A stretch of DNA of 63,771 nucleotides from a virus (Duplodnaviria > Caudoviricetes), in IMG/VR virus record IMGVR_UViG_3300020474_000009, positions 1 through 63,771 of that record. The stretch is one strand, 5' to 3'. Below are positions 46,961-57,227 of the stretch, piece by piece; position 1 is the stretch's first letter; every line of letters starts with the position of its first letter. Under the pieces are notes generated by a model, which searched no databases, was not told where the DNA came from, and worked only from the letters and a program-made list of their open reading frames with translations. The translations under genes and the position numbers were made by a program.

Positions 46961-47767
46961 TTATATGATCTCAACTATACAAGGTTTGTTGTAAACGAAA
47001 GTAGTGTTGCTAGCGTAGGTTCCGCTTGTAAAACCACCAGAATAACTAGCTTGAAATACTCTACTAGTACCAGAAGTAAAACTAGTCCAGCCATCAGACC
47101 TGTTAAAAGTATCTGTAGAATTGTAAAAAGTATAAGTAGTACCACTAAGGGTGACTTGGTAATACCCATTTGGGTTAAGGTTTCGTACGCGTATTGTAGT
47201 CCAACAGTTTTCTGGTGGAGCACTTACCTGATACCCAGAGTTAGATACTACAAAATACAGAGTACCACCGCCAAGAGGAGCACTTTTAGACCCCATACCT
47301 GCAATATTCGTTACTCCATTAGTAACGGATGGAAAACTAGCTACTTGAAAGTTTCCGTTCCGGACATTAGTTCCAGAAGCTCCAGCAGGGGTAGAAGCAC
47401 CATTTGTTGCACCCAAACCAAAAAAACCTTGCGCCGTACTGTTAGTTAACCCTGATATAAGCAGTTTAGAACCAGAAGTAAAAACACCATGGTAAGTAGT
47501 GGTTGTCTGTCCTTTAGTTGATCCAGTAGTTGCTGATGTGGTTACACCCGTAAGACCACAGGTATCTGCAAGATCCGAATAAGCTATAGTTGTGGATTGA
47601 GGATGATTGACAGCATTGCCTACAGCACCATTTCTTGTTGTGGTCATAAGTCTGTAGTCAGATAAAGCTACATTAGAATTAGACTTAGCTGATACACCCT
47701 GTTGAGGTGTACGGTAGGTAGATGCTAATTCTGCATTATCTATATTTTCACTTGTAAAAAAGGGCAT
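46961..47767 (-). CDS. Putative virion/fibre-associated protein
   Basis: 268 aa, T/S/G/N-rich beta composition. Confidence 0.5.
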   Translation of the reverse strand: MPFFTSENIDNAELASTYRTPQQGVSAKSNSNVALSDYRLMTTTRNGAVGNAVNHPQSTTIAYSDLADTCGLTGVTTSATTGSTKGQTTTTYHGVFTSGSKLLISGLTNSTAQGFFGLGATNGASTPAGASGTNVRNGNFQVASFPSVTNGVTNIAGMGSKSAPLGGGTLYFVVSNSGYQVSAPPENCWTTIRVRNLNPNGYYQVTLSGTTYTFYNSTDTFNRSDGWTSFTSGTSRVFQASYSGGFTSGTYASNTTFVYNKPCIVEII

Positions 47768-48435
47768 TAGTAATACTCCATCTTGTATTTTGTAAAAGTA
47801 CAGCTATAACTATCCTTTATACCCGGCATTGTTGCACCTTCAGGTACAGCATAATCTTGAGTAACTTCCCCTAAGTTTACCATGCTGCTCCAATTTTTTA
47901 CATTGGACTCTTCCATGTCTTTAAAATAGTTTATCCAAGATGCTAAGCTGTCATGTATAGGAGAACCTATATCTACATAAGTATAAGCTACAGTAGCACC
48001 TAAAGATTTTTCTAATTTACCTAAAACATTATGATATTCAGGCACAAATAAAAAACCTTTCGTGCCATCTGCATCTGGTCTAAACAAACAGTTACACAAA
48101 TGATACTCGCCATCATCATTAATAAATCCCATAAATAGAGATACAAGATAGTCATTTACATAAGTAGCTAAGATAACACCTCCTGGTTGAGACAAAGCCC
48201 CCAGGCATATATTAAGCCATTCTTCAGTATGTGATTCATCGCTAGCTGCTGCTATTTGTTCTGGAGTAGCATCTATCCCTGGATAAGCATAAGTACCCCT
48301 ATTTATATACTCTCTAGAATTTAAAACTAGATCTTGTAAGATACGTTGTTCGTAGAGAGTATGTATGTCATCTTGTGTAAGCTGTGTTGCTGTGTACATT
48401 CCTACAGTATATCGCCTTTGTACCTTTGTGACCAT
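47767..48435 (-). CDS. Hypothetical protein
   Basis: ORF coupled within the operon; likely start MYTATQ near 48399. Confidence 0.55.
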   Translation of the reverse strand: MVTKVQRRYTVGMYTATQLTQDDIHTLYEQRILQDLVLNSREYINRGTYAYPGIDATPEQIAAASDESHTEEWLNICLGALSQPGGVILATYVNDYLVSLFMGFINDDGEYHLCNCLFRPDADGTKGFLFVPEYHNVLGKLEKSLGATVAYTYVDIGSPIHDSLASWINYFKDMEESNVKNWSSMVNLGEVTQDYAVPEGATMPGIKDSYSCTFTKYKMEYY

Positions 48436-50246
48436 ATAGTAAGACTGTACTTAGTGCCTTCAGTAAGTTCGACACATTCGTGCGGGTGCGTAACTTGTCC
48501 TGGAAACAAAAGCAGTTTACCTACAGGTATATCAGCATTGCTTATACCCTGTCTAGGGAAGAATAACTCGCCACCTTTGTAGTTTTTATTTAATTTTACT
48601 GAACCAGTTACATGCGATGAGTCATGGTGTAGCGCTAGTTTTGTTTGTGAATCAGTAGAATACTTCAACATAAACGCATCTCTTACGCCCTCTACAACCA
48701 TAGGATTCCAATAAGGTTCTATTATAGGTTTGACATGTTTTTGCCAGTGTTCTTCTAACTCTTGGTAAATATTAAGTTGTTTTAGTCTTATCTCTTGTGC
48801 AGGATAAGTGTCGTTAGGTAAACTTTTCCACTCTGCATTTTGTTCTGCTAGTTCTATAAGTCTTTGGCACTGATGTTCTGACATAAAATCTATCAATATC
48901 ATGTCTTTTTCTATGACTTCATAGTTGTGGGTAGGTGTATGAAACAAGTTGTATTGTGGGTACATCTCTTTGTAGATACGTTCAAAGTTATCTTTTGCAG
49001 AGTCATCACCGTTACCATGGTATATACAAGGACAGCAAGTAGTTTCTTGGTTATGTAACTGCTTGCCTAGCGTAGTTATATTAGGTTCGTGGCATTGAAA
49101 GATGTAAGCTTCTACATCAAGACCGATATCATATAGACCTTCTAGGTATGCTTGTTGGTAAAACAATTGGTCATCTTGATGATCTTCTATAACATTGTGA
49201 TCTAGTATCTTTTTTATTTCTCCTACCTCACCTATAAACGTACCAGAGTTAAGATATCTGTATCTGGTGTGTACGGAAGGAAACTGATTGCCTAAACTAG
49301 GATCGGGCCAGCATACTTCTTCTGCAGAAAAAAGTACCTTATGGCCCATATCCAAGTATCTTTCTTTAATTGTTTCTAAGTTGTCTGCGTAAAAAACGTC
49401 GTACGAATCTGTAAAAAGTAAAATATCCGTGTCCGGAAGAATGTTTATATTAGACTTTAGTATATTTACTTTCTGACCACCACCTGGCCCTGTCATATCT
49501 GACCCTCTCCACTCAACACCTGAGCCCCAGTTCTGTATTTTTATATCGTGTTTAGCCGCAGAATCATATAGCTTTTGCATTTTGCTATCGTCTGTGCCAA
49601 TTGTTATTACATGTATAGTCATATCTCTCCTATCGTTACGTATATCAGAAGGTAGCACATCTCTAGTAGCTTGATTGCAAGAGTCTTCTTGTAAAGCAAG
49701 TGCCATAAGACTAGCGTTTCTGATTTGTTCAGGTATGTATTCGTCTACTGGTATTATACCTTCTTCTAGTATATTAGTATTTAACAGCTTTCGTGCACCT
49801 TTTGGTGAGATCACATACGCAGTTGTATTGTATGGGTACCAAGGTCTTTCTAGCCTGTCAGATACTTTTATAGTATTTTCTGGTTCGTTTTCATTGCGTT
49901 GTAAATACAAAAAGTCCCAATACCCTATGGTGCGGTCATAAAAAGGTTCATCCCATCTATCTACATTTATGATTGCATCATCTTCTATTACATAAATAGG
50001 TTCATCTAGTTGCGCACATTTTTTCCACATCTCTCTATGAGATAGAAAACAAGCTATTTCTGTAGGTACAATACCTCTGCTCTGGAATGGGTCTATCCAC
50101 CCTGGCCTAGTTTTATATTCAGATAAATTTTGAGTCAAACCATCTACAGCTTCTACAAAAGTATAGTCTTCTAAGGTTGGGTTTTTATCTATAAAGTGTT
50201 GTTTACGTTCAGGTCTACTCTTTAGGTTTATTACAAATTTTTTCAT
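48402..50246 (-). CDS. Trifunctional GT25 glycosyltransferase / PLOD-type glycosyltransferase / lysyl-hydroxylase-like 2OG-Fe(II) dioxygenase
   Basis: GT25: FVINLKSRPER, EAVDG, EIACFLSH, IEDDA. PLOD-GT: GGGQKV, FTDSYDV, FSAEEVCWPD, YLNSGTFIG, DDQLFY, HGNG. LH: LHHDSS, FPGQVTHPHE, GTKY. Confidence 0.85.
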   Translation of the reverse strand: MKKFVINLKSRPERKQHFIDKNPTLEDYTFVEAVDGLTQNLSEYKTRPGWIDPFQSRGIVPTEIACFLSHREMWKKCAQLDEPIYVIEDDAIINVDRWDEPFYDRTIGYWDFLYLQRNENEPENTIKVSDRLERPWYPYNTTAYVISPKGARKLLNTNILEEGIIPVDEYIPEQIRNASLMALALQEDSCNQATRDVLPSDIRNDRRDMTIHVITIGTDDSKMQKLYDSAAKHDIKIQNWGSGVEWRGSDMTGPGGGQKVNILKSNINILPDTDILLFTDSYDVFYADNLETIKERYLDMGHKVLFSAEEVCWPDPSLGNQFPSVHTRYRYLNSGTFIGEVGEIKKILDHNVIEDHQDDQLFYQQAYLEGLYDIGLDVEAYIFQCHEPNITTLGKQLHNQETTCCPCIYHGNGDDSAKDNFERIYKEMYPQYNLFHTPTHNYEVIEKDMILIDFMSEHQCQRLIELAEQNAEWKSLPNDTYPAQEIRLKQLNIYQELEEHWQKHVKPIIEPYWNPMVVEGVRDAFMLKYSTDSQTKLALHHDSSHVTGSVKLNKNYKGGELFFPRQGISNADIPVGKLLLFPGQVTHPHECVELTEGTKYSLTIWSQRYKGDIL

Positions 50247-50722
50247 TAGTTAAATTCCGTGGCTACTTCTATATCATAGTTCCAGGAGTTTATATTCATA
50301 GACACTCTTTCTCCACTTTGTATAGGTGTAACTTTGTGTTCTAGTCCAGGACCAAACATGACAAGTCTATTTGACACTGGTGTTATACGCATGTTGTTTT
50401 TAAATATAAGCTCACCACCTACTAAATCTTTTACATGTGGATAAAAGACTATAGAGCATATAGGAAAGTGGCTTTGTCCTGTTTTAAAAAAGGTTTGTTC
50501 ATCTCTGTCTTGGTGCCAATCTGGCATACCATTTCTATGAAACCATATGTCATACCCTACTTGGTTATTAAAGTTAAAATAATTAGCTGCTGTATTCATA
50601 AGACGTCTAGCAACTATAGCGTTGTCATGTTCTTCTTCTTTTTTAAAGTAAGTATGTTTGTTCTCGTTGTTTATAGTCTCTAGAGTTGCAGGGTAAAAAA
50701 CTTTATCTACTACTACAATCAT
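50246..50722 (-). CDS. 2OG-Fe(II) oxygenase
   Basis: WHQDRDE (HxD), GGELIF, NRLVMF..LEHKV, ERVS. Confidence 0.85.
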   Translation of the reverse strand: MIVVVDKVFYPATLETINNENKHTYFKKEEEHDNAIVARRLMNTAANYFNFNNQVGYDIWFHRNGMPDWHQDRDEQTFFKTGQSHFPICSIVFYPHVKDLVGGELIFKNNMRITPVSNRLVMFGPGLEHKVTPIQSGERVSMNINSWNYDIEVATEFN

Positions 50723-51285
50723 TTAAATTTCGGTCCTTCTATCCAGGCTACTAAAGATTTACGCACGCCACTAGTTACTGGTTTTACTGTATGTCGTATA
50801 GGTGATGGAAAGCAAAGCACGGTTCCTCGTGTTTTAAGTTGCATTGGATCTGGTTGTTCGTATTGTTTGTCTATCAAAAACTCGCCACCTTCATACTCAC
50901 TAGGATTACTGAGTTGTATAATTAGACTTATTTTTCTATCAAAGGCTGTGCTGTTACCCCAGAATGTATCAAAGTGCCAATCGTAGTAGCCTTCATCAGT
51001 GCCATTGTAGATAGTGTATTGGATGTCTTCTAAGAATGATATATCAAAACCAAACGCTTGTTTATTAGCACGAGAAGCAAAGTCTTGTACTAAGTTTTTT
51101 ATCCAACCTATATGACCTGCCCATCGTACTTCAGAACGTCTAACCTGTGTATTTAGTGATTGTTCTATATTACGACCATCCCCTATGACGGCTTCCATAG
51201 GTTGTAATTGTTCGCACTCTAAAATTATTCTGTCGCAAACTGTAGGGTCAACACCCCCTTGCCACATCTGCCAAATTGAATTCAT
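50719..51285 (-). CDS. 2OG-Fe(II) oxygenase (prolyl-hydroxylase/PKHD-like)
   Basis: YDWHFD, RKISLIIQLS..EYEGGE, FPS..RHTVKPVTSGVRKSLVAW. Confidence 0.9.
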   Translation of the reverse strand: MNSIWQMWQGGVDPTVCDRIILECEQLQPMEAVIGDGRNIEQSLNTQVRRSEVRWAGHIGWIKNLVQDFASRANKQAFGFDISFLEDIQYTIYNGTDEGYYDWHFDTFWGNSTAFDRKISLIIQLSNPSEYEGGEFLIDKQYEQPDPMQLKTRGTVLCFPSPIRHTVKPVTSGVRKSLVAWIEGPKFK

Positions 51286-51300
51286 AACACCTCCTGTGTT

Positions 51301-54300
51301 TTAGTCTTTGTCAGCTAACTCCTTTATAGCTTCTATAAGCAATGGTATGAGTTTATCATACCATACTGTTAGATACTGATCGTCTATTGGAGCTTCGGTT
51401 ATAACTTCTGGCAAGACTTTCTTAACATCTTGCGCACTAAGACCTACCTGTCTTCTTTCATTATCATAACCTAACTCTTTAGCTAGTTCATTCTCTTTGT
51501 AATAGTAACCTGTTAGCTGTAATACTTTTTCAAGTGCGTTATCTATAGGCCCTTCAAACTCTTTTAGTCTTTCATCTGAGTAGTAAGCAGTAATATTGTT
51601 TGTAGCTCTTACCTCACCTGTAGTTCCAGACGCTCCTGTACCTACACCTATTGAGTTTAACTGTGTATTTGAACTTGAGCTTATGCCTGGGCCTGTAGGT
51701 CCGGTTGGTCCTGTAGGTCCGGTTGGTCCTGTAGGTCCTGTTCCACCATTACTACCATTACTACCTGCTGCACCTTTTTGCCCTTTAGGACCTGTACCAC
51801 CACCTGGTCCTGTTGGTCCTGTTGGCCCTGTACCACCTGTGCCACCTGCTTGTCCTTTTTGTCCTTTAGGCCCTGTTGCACCTGTTCCACCTGTTCCACC
51901 TGCTTGTCCTTTTTGACCTTTAGCACCAGTAGGTCCTGTACCACCAGTAGGTCCTGTTCCTCCGCCCGGTCCTGTAGCTCCAGTTGCACCTTTTTGACCC
52001 TTAGGTCCAGTAGGTCCTGTGCCACCGCCTGGCCCAGTAGGCCCTGTTCCACCTGTAGCACCTTTTTGACCCTTAGGTCCTGTGCCACCTGTAGGTCCTG
52101 TTCCACCAGTTGGACCTGTTCCACCTGCTTGTCCTTTTTGACCCTTAGGTCCTGTAGGCCCAGTTCCTCCGCCTGGCCCTGTAGGTCCTGTTGATCCAGT
52201 AGCACCTTTAGCTCCTCCTGGGCCAGTTGGGCCTGTAGGTCCTGTTGGGCCTGTTCCACCTGTTCCACCTATTTCACCTTTTTGACCTTTAGCACCTGCT
52301 GAACCGCCTGGGCCTGTAGGTCCAGTTGATCCGCCTGCTCCAGTTGCTCCTTTAGCTCCTGTAGGTCCAGTTGATCCGCCTGCTCCAGTTGCTCCTTTTT
52401 GTCCTTGTGGTCCTGTTGATCCACCTGCGCCGGTTGCACCTTTGGCACCTGCTGATCCTGTTGGACCTGTACCACCGGTTGCACCTTTAGCACCTGCTGA
52501 TCCTGTTGGGCCTGTAGACCCGCCTGCACCAGTTGCACCTTTTTGACCTGTTGGTCCTGTACCACCCGTTGGCCCTGTACCACCTATTTCGCCTTTTTGA
52601 CCCTTCTGACCTTTAGCTCCTTGTGATCCAGTAGAACCAGTACTACCTGTTGGTCCAGTAGCACCTGTAGCACCTTTTGCTCCAGCGCTTCCGCCTGGGC
52701 CGGTTGCCCCTGTGGCACCTTTTGCACCGCCTGGGCCTGTTGGGCCTCCTGCTCCAGTAGCACCTTTCGCTCCGCCTGGGCCTGTTGGACCAGTACCGCC
52801 TGTAGGACCTGTTGACCCTACCTCACCTTTTTGACCTTTAGCCCCGTTAGAACCATTACTACCTGCAGGTCCTGTAGCACCCGTAGCTCCCTTCTGTCCT
52901 GTTGGACCTGTACCACCAGTAGCTCCTGTTGCTCCTTTCGCACCATCAGAACCGTCTCCACCAGCTGGTCCAGTAGAACCAGTTGGTCCTGTACCACCTG
53001 TAGCTCCTACTTCACCTTTTTGACCTTTAGAACCTGTAGGTCCGGTCGGTCCAGTTGCTCCTGTCGCACCTTTTGATCCAGCTGTACCTGTTGCACCTTT
53101 AGCTCCGTCACTACCATCATCGCCTGCTGGTCCAGTAGGTCCAGTAGGTCCGGTTGGGCCTGTACTACCTGTTGGTCCCCCTGCTCCAGTTGCTCCTTTT
53201 GCACCTGCAGAACCTGTAGAACCACCAGCACCTGTAGCTCCTTTTGCGCCAGTAGCACCTTTTGCTCCACCTGGTCCAGTAGGACCAGTTCCGCCTGTAT
53301 TACCTGTAGGACCTTGGGCACCAGTTGCACCTTTGTCTCCTTGTGGCCCTGTTGGGCCAGTGCCACCCGTTGCACCGGTTGCACCTTTAGCGCCTTGAGA
53401 ACCTGTAGATCCAGTAGGACCCTGTATTGATCCACCACTTACCCATGCTGAACCATCCCAAATATGTAAACTGTCGTCTGCTTGTACTATATAAGCATCA
53501 CCTTTTGTGTTGCCTGAAGATGGTAAGTTACTTGTCTGAGCAACTTGACCTTCCATTGTAATACCAGTACCAGTACTACCTGTAGGTCCTTGTGAACCTG
53601 TTGCACCTTTAGAACCTTGTGGGCCAGTAGGTCCTGTTGCACCTATTTCACCTTTTTGACCTTTAGCTCCAGCAGCACCCGTTGCTCCTTTGTCTCCTGT
53701 AGGACCTGTAGGACCTGTAGCTCCTGTCGCACCTTTTGCGCCATCAGAACCATCTGGACCTGTTGGACCTGTTGGGCCGGTTGCACCGGTTGCACCTTTT
53801 GAACCATCAGAGCCATCTCCACCTGATGGGCCTGTAGGGCCAGTTGGACCTGTACCACCAGTAGCTCCTACTTCACCTTTTTGTCCCTTAGCACCCGTTA
53901 GGCCTGTAGCTCCAGTTGCACCTTTATCACCAGTAGGGCCTGTTGGACCTGTTGCCCCCGTAGCACCTTTAGCTCCAGCAGCTCCGTCATCTCCGTCACT
54001 ACCACCTGGACCAGTAGGGCCAGTAGCACCTATTTCACCTTTTTGACCTTTAGCACCTGTTGGTCCTGTCGGGCCGGTTGCCCCTGTGGCACCTTTAGCT
54101 CCGTCGGAACCGTCACCACCAGATGGACCTGTGTTACCAGTAACACCTACTTCACCTTTTTGACCTTTATCTCCGGTACCTCCCGTTGGACCTGTGCCGC
54201 CTGTTGGGCCTGTTGGTCCGCCTGCACCTGTGGCTCCTTTGTCACCTGCTGCTCCTGTTGCACCTTTATCACCCTGTGGACCCGTTGGGCCTGTAGCTCC

Positions 54301-55308
54301 AGTGGCACCTTTTGCACCAGCAGCGCCATCTGCGCCATCACTACCAGCTGAGCCTCCTGGGCCAGTTGCACCTACTTCACCTTTTTGTCCCGTAGGACCT
54401 GTTGGGCCAGTGCCGCCTGTTGGGCCAGTACCGCCAGTTGCTCCTGTGGCACCTTTATCTCCTTGCGGGCCAGTTGCACCGGTTGCGCCTTTAGCTCCGT
54501 CCGAACCATCATTACCAGATGGGCCTGTTGGACCGGTGCCTCCTGTTGCGCCTTTATCACCTGTTGGACCACCTGGGCCTGTTGCTCCAGTGGCTCCTTT
54601 ATCACCTGTTGAGCCAGTAACACCTACTTCACCTTTAGAACCTGTAGCACCTTTTGCTCCAGCTGTACCAGTTGGTCCTGTCGGGCCTGTTGCTCCGGTA
54701 GCTCCTTTAGCACCGTCCGAACCATCAGATCCAGTAACACCTACTTCACCTTTTGCACCTGTAGGGCCGGTAGGACCATTTGGACCGGTAGGGCCATCTG
54801 CACCAGTAGGACCAGTTGGACCAGTTGGACCAGCAGCACCGACTTCGCCTTTTGCACCTTGTGGACCAGTAGAACCTGTAGAACCAGTAGGACCTACTTC
54901 GCCTTTAATACCACTACTTGGGCCTTGCCAATTACCAGAGCCATCTATAATAGTATCGCCATCTATTTTGACACCGGTAACATCAATAGTACCGGTTTGT
55001 GAATTTCCATCTAACTGAGGAAAAGCTTCTAAGACTGCGGCTGTTAGACGTAAGTCTACAGCGTCGTTTTGTGAAAATGCGCGTGCGGAAGTACCGTCTT
55101 GTGCACGTGTGACGGTAAGTGTGTTACCGCTTCTACCGGTAACTTTTACAATTTCTTTATTTGTTCCGTCATCGAACGTAACAAAAAACGACTCTCCGCT
55201 ATTTAACGATGGGAAAACTGAACCATCTGTGACACCTATACTTGTGGCACTATTGGTTATGTTACCCGATAGGGCTGTAGTCGCATTGTTCTTAAAAACA
55301 ATAGCCAA
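51301..55308 (-). CDS. Collagen-like tail fibre with C-terminal intramolecular chaperone (peptidase S74-like)
   Basis: About 1000 aa of Gly-X-Y ([15 protein letters not shown]); C-terminal [33 protein letters not shown]. Confidence 0.9.
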   Translation of the reverse strand: MAIVFKNNATTALSGNITNSATSIGVTDGSVFPSLNSGESFFVTFDDGTNKEIVKVTGRSGNTLTVTRAQDGTSARAFSQNDAVDLRLTAAVLEAFPQLDGNSQTGTIDVTGVKIDGDTIIDGSGNWQGPSSGIKGEVGPTGSTGSTGPQGAKGEVGAAGPTGPTGPTGADGPTGPNGPTGPTGAKGEVGVTGSDGSDGAKGATGATGPTGPTGTAGAKGATGSKGEVGVTGSTGDKGATGATGPGGPTGDKGATGGTGPTGPSGNDGSDGAKGATGATGPQGDKGATGATGGTGPTGGTGPTGPTGQKGEVGATGPGGSAGSDGADGAAGAKGATGATGPTGPQGDKGATGAAGDKGATGAGGPTGPTGGTGPTGGTGDKGQKGEVGVTGNTGPSGGDGSDGAKGATGATGPTGPTGAKGQKGEIGATGPTGPGGSDGDDGAAGAKGATGATGPTGPTGDKGATGATGLTGAKGQKGEVGATGGTGPTGPTGPSGGDGSDGSKGATGATGPTGPTGPDGSDGAKGATGATGPTGPTGDKGATGAAGAKGQKGEIGATGPTGPQGSKGATGSQGPTGSTGTGITMEGQVAQTSNLPSSGNTKGDAYIVQADDSLHIWDGSAWVSGGSIQGPTGSTGSQGAKGATGATGGTGPTGPQGDKGATGAQGPTGNTGGTGPTGPGGAKGATGAKGATGAGGSTGSAGAKGATGAGGPTGSTGPTGPTGPTGPAGDDGSDGAKGATGTAGSKGATGATGPTGPTGSKGQKGEVGATGGTGPTGSTGPAGGDGSDGAKGATGATGGTGPTGQKGATGATGPAGSNGSNGAKGQKGEVGSTGPTGGTGPTGPGGAKGATGAGGPTGPGGAKGATGATGPGGSAGAKGATGATGPTGSTGSTGSQGAKGQKGQKGEIGGTGPTGGTGPTGQKGATGAGGSTGPTGSAGAKGATGGTGPTGSAGAKGATGAGGSTGPQGQKGATGAGGSTGPTGAKGATGAGGSTGPTGPGGSAGAKGQKGEIGGTGGTGPTGPTGPTGPGGAKGATGSTGPTGPGGGTGPTGPKGQKGQAGGTGPTGGTGPTGGTGPKGQKGATGGTGPTGPGGGTGPTGPKGQKGATGATGPGGGTGPTGGTGPTGAKGQKGQAGGTGGTGATGPKGQKGQAGGTGGTGPTGPTGPGGGTGPKGQKGAAGSNGSNGGTGPTGPTGPTGPTGPTGPGISSSSNTQLNSIGVGTGASGTTGEVRATNNITAYYSDERLKEFEGPIDNALEKVLQLTGYYYKENELAKELGYDNERRQVGLSAQDVKKVLPEVITEAPIDDQYLTVWYDKLIPLLIEAIKELADKD
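51685..54910 (-). repeat. Gly-X-Y collagen repeat region, interrupted once by a globular insert (~53430-53570)
   Basis: 9-nt periodicity and translation. Confidence 0.92.
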
Positions 55309-55325
55309 CTTACATCTCCTTTATA

Positions 55326-55751
55326 TTACGAAACAGTTACCGTCCAGGTAATTGTCATAGCGTCTGAAGCACCTTTGTTAACTACTGAGAAAACGGTTCT
55401 ACATAACATAGTTCCACCAGAAGAAGCATTAAAAATACCAGCTTCTGTTATAGCGCCTGTACCTGTTCCAGCTGCAAAAGTGTCGACATAAACAATGTCA
55501 GCACCTGATACAGTTGTAGATGTCAAACCAGTTCTAGCTGACTCACTGCCTAAAGCAGTTTGAGAAGCAGCTGCTGCTGTTGACCCAGTACCAATCGCCA
55601 TGTGGGACATAGCTGTAGCAGAAGCATCTTTGATTCTACTAGCTACGTATCCTTTTCCTGCAGTAACAACTAAGTTAGGAACTTCTTGAACGATCTCATC
55701 ATTGAGGGCAATTGTTAATTTACCTGTTAATTTTAAGCCGTCATTTAACAT
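55326..55751 (-). CDS. Tail structural protein
   Basis: NLVVTAG..MAIGTG..ITEAGIFNA..MLCR..VNK motif of phage tail/collar proteins. Confidence 0.65.
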   Translation of the reverse strand: MLNDGLKLTGKLTIALNDEIVQEVPNLVVTAGKGYVASRIKDASATAMSHMAIGTGSTAAAASQTALGSESARTGLTSTTVSGADIVYVDTFAAGTGTGAITEAGIFNASSGGTMLCRTVFSVVNKGASDAMTITWTVTVS

Positions 55752-55759
55752 AATTTCTC

Positions 55760-56845
55760 CTAGTTAAGTGTATTACTATTTAAAGCCGACGCATTCAGAG
55801 CGCTTTGTCTATTAGCATTTAGAATACTTATCGACTCACTTATTGTAGCACTATCTTGTGCTGATTTACCAAGACTAAATGAATGAGTTTCGGTAATATT
55901 TAAACTGTCTGATTTAGCCATAGCATTAGCCAATGCTTGTGCATCAGCAAAACTAACACTATCAGACTTGTTTAAACTGGTAGATAACGCTTGGTTATCT
56001 GTAAAACTAAAGTTATCTGATTTACCTAAAGCAGTAGATAGCGTTTCACTATCTACAAAACTAAAGCTATCAGATTTACTTAAACTTGTATCTATTGTTT
56101 CGCTGTCAGCAAAACTAAATGAATCTGTATAACCCCCTGGAACAAAGTCTATAGCATGGCTCTCTACCATATTAAACGTGTCAGTCCTGGCTTTAGCCCA
56201 ATCGTACGTAAGTACATCAGATATAGACATAACATTTGTTTTGTCTGCTGCTACGTCAGTAGCTAATGGATCTGATAAAGAAGTTCTATCGTCTAATGTT
56301 ATAGCATCACTAAATGAACGTTCAAAAATAACTACCCTAGAGAAGACTTCTGACATGCTAACACTATCTGTTTTGGCTAAGTTAGGTTCTAAAGATGGGC
56401 TATCTGACATACTAGCTGTATCAGATAGGGCTTTATCCATAGCATAGTTTAATATTTCTGCTACGGACACGGTATCCGTATGTGCCCCAGAGAATGACAC
56501 GACAGGTGTATCTGACATAGTAGCTGTGTCAGCAAAGCTTCTACCAAAAGTTCTAAGTATGTCTATGCTTTCTGTTATACCAAGGCTGTCTGCAAAAGGT
56601 TTGGAAAGCTCAATAGCGTGTTCTTCATCCATGAAGAAAACTTCTGGTCGTATGTCTTTTGATATAGTGTAGACCAAAGCTTCGGTCATACTAAAGCTAT
56701 CGGAAAGTATTCTATCTACAGTGTCTGGATTTAAATATAGGTCTGCAAATTTTAATTGAACGTGAGAAACTTGACCCCGTAGGTCAACGTGTGCGACCTC
56801 ACCTTTGAGATCGACGAATGAGACTATACTCTTTAACTTAGACAT
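55760..56845 (-). CDS. Repetitive S/D-rich virion fibre-like protein
   Basis: About 18-aa repeats KSDSxSFxD. Confidence 0.6.
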   Translation of the reverse strand: MSKLKSIVSFVDLKGEVAHVDLRGQVSHVQLKFADLYLNPDTVDRILSDSFSMTEALVYTISKDIRPEVFFMDEEHAIELSKPFADSLGITESIDILRTFGRSFADTATMSDTPVVSFSGAHTDTVSVAEILNYAMDKALSDTASMSDSPSLEPNLAKTDSVSMSEVFSRVVIFERSFSDAITLDDRTSLSDPLATDVAADKTNVMSISDVLTYDWAKARTDTFNMVESHAIDFVPGGYTDSFSFADSETIDTSLSKSDSFSFVDSETLSTALGKSDNFSFTDNQALSTSLNKSDSVSFADAQALANAMAKSDSLNITETHSFSLGKSAQDSATISESISILNANRQSALNASALNSNTLN

Positions 56846-57219
56846 TAATCAAAGTCGTCTCTGACCTTGAACTTAATCAAGTCCTGAACAGTATGTATAC
56901 CTCCTCCTGAAGTAGTGTATTCTATCTCGCCTTCAAACGTTCCTGCTGTAGTCCAAGTTCCACTTGGAATAGCACAAGTTACTTTGCCGTTATCTGCATC
57001 TGCTATCGTGCCGGTTATTGTTTTGATCAGTGTAGTTTGTCCGACCTCTCGTATTCTAAGTTTTACAGAGCCACCACCTAAGTCTATTGGCGCCCATGTA
57101 TCTGAGTTTTCTGTGTCTAATGTCAAACCAGTAGCAGCAGTATTGCTGTCTTTTAGAGTAAACTCTAAAGACGGTAGTGTATCTCCTACTACGAATTTTA
57201 TTGTGTCTGAGTAAGCCAT
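56845..57219 (-). CDS. BppU-N-like baseplate/fibre-attachment protein
   Basis: GDTLPSLEFTL..DADNGKV..AGTFEGEIEYT..FKVRDDF. Confidence 0.6.
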   Translation of the reverse strand: MAYSDTIKFVVGDTLPSLEFTLKDSNTAATGLTLDTENSDTWAPIDLGGGSVKLRIREVGQTTLIKTITGTIADADNGKVTCAIPSGTWTTAGTFEGEIEYTTSGGGIHTVQDLIKFKVRDDFD

Positions 57220-57227
57220 AATTAATT

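Noticed and set aside
51596-55018. Many alternative-frame and antisense ORFs (PVGPVGP..., Q/V/L-rich, C/S/T-rich)
   Set aside because: Shadows of the 9-nt collagen periodicity; no RBS or independent signal
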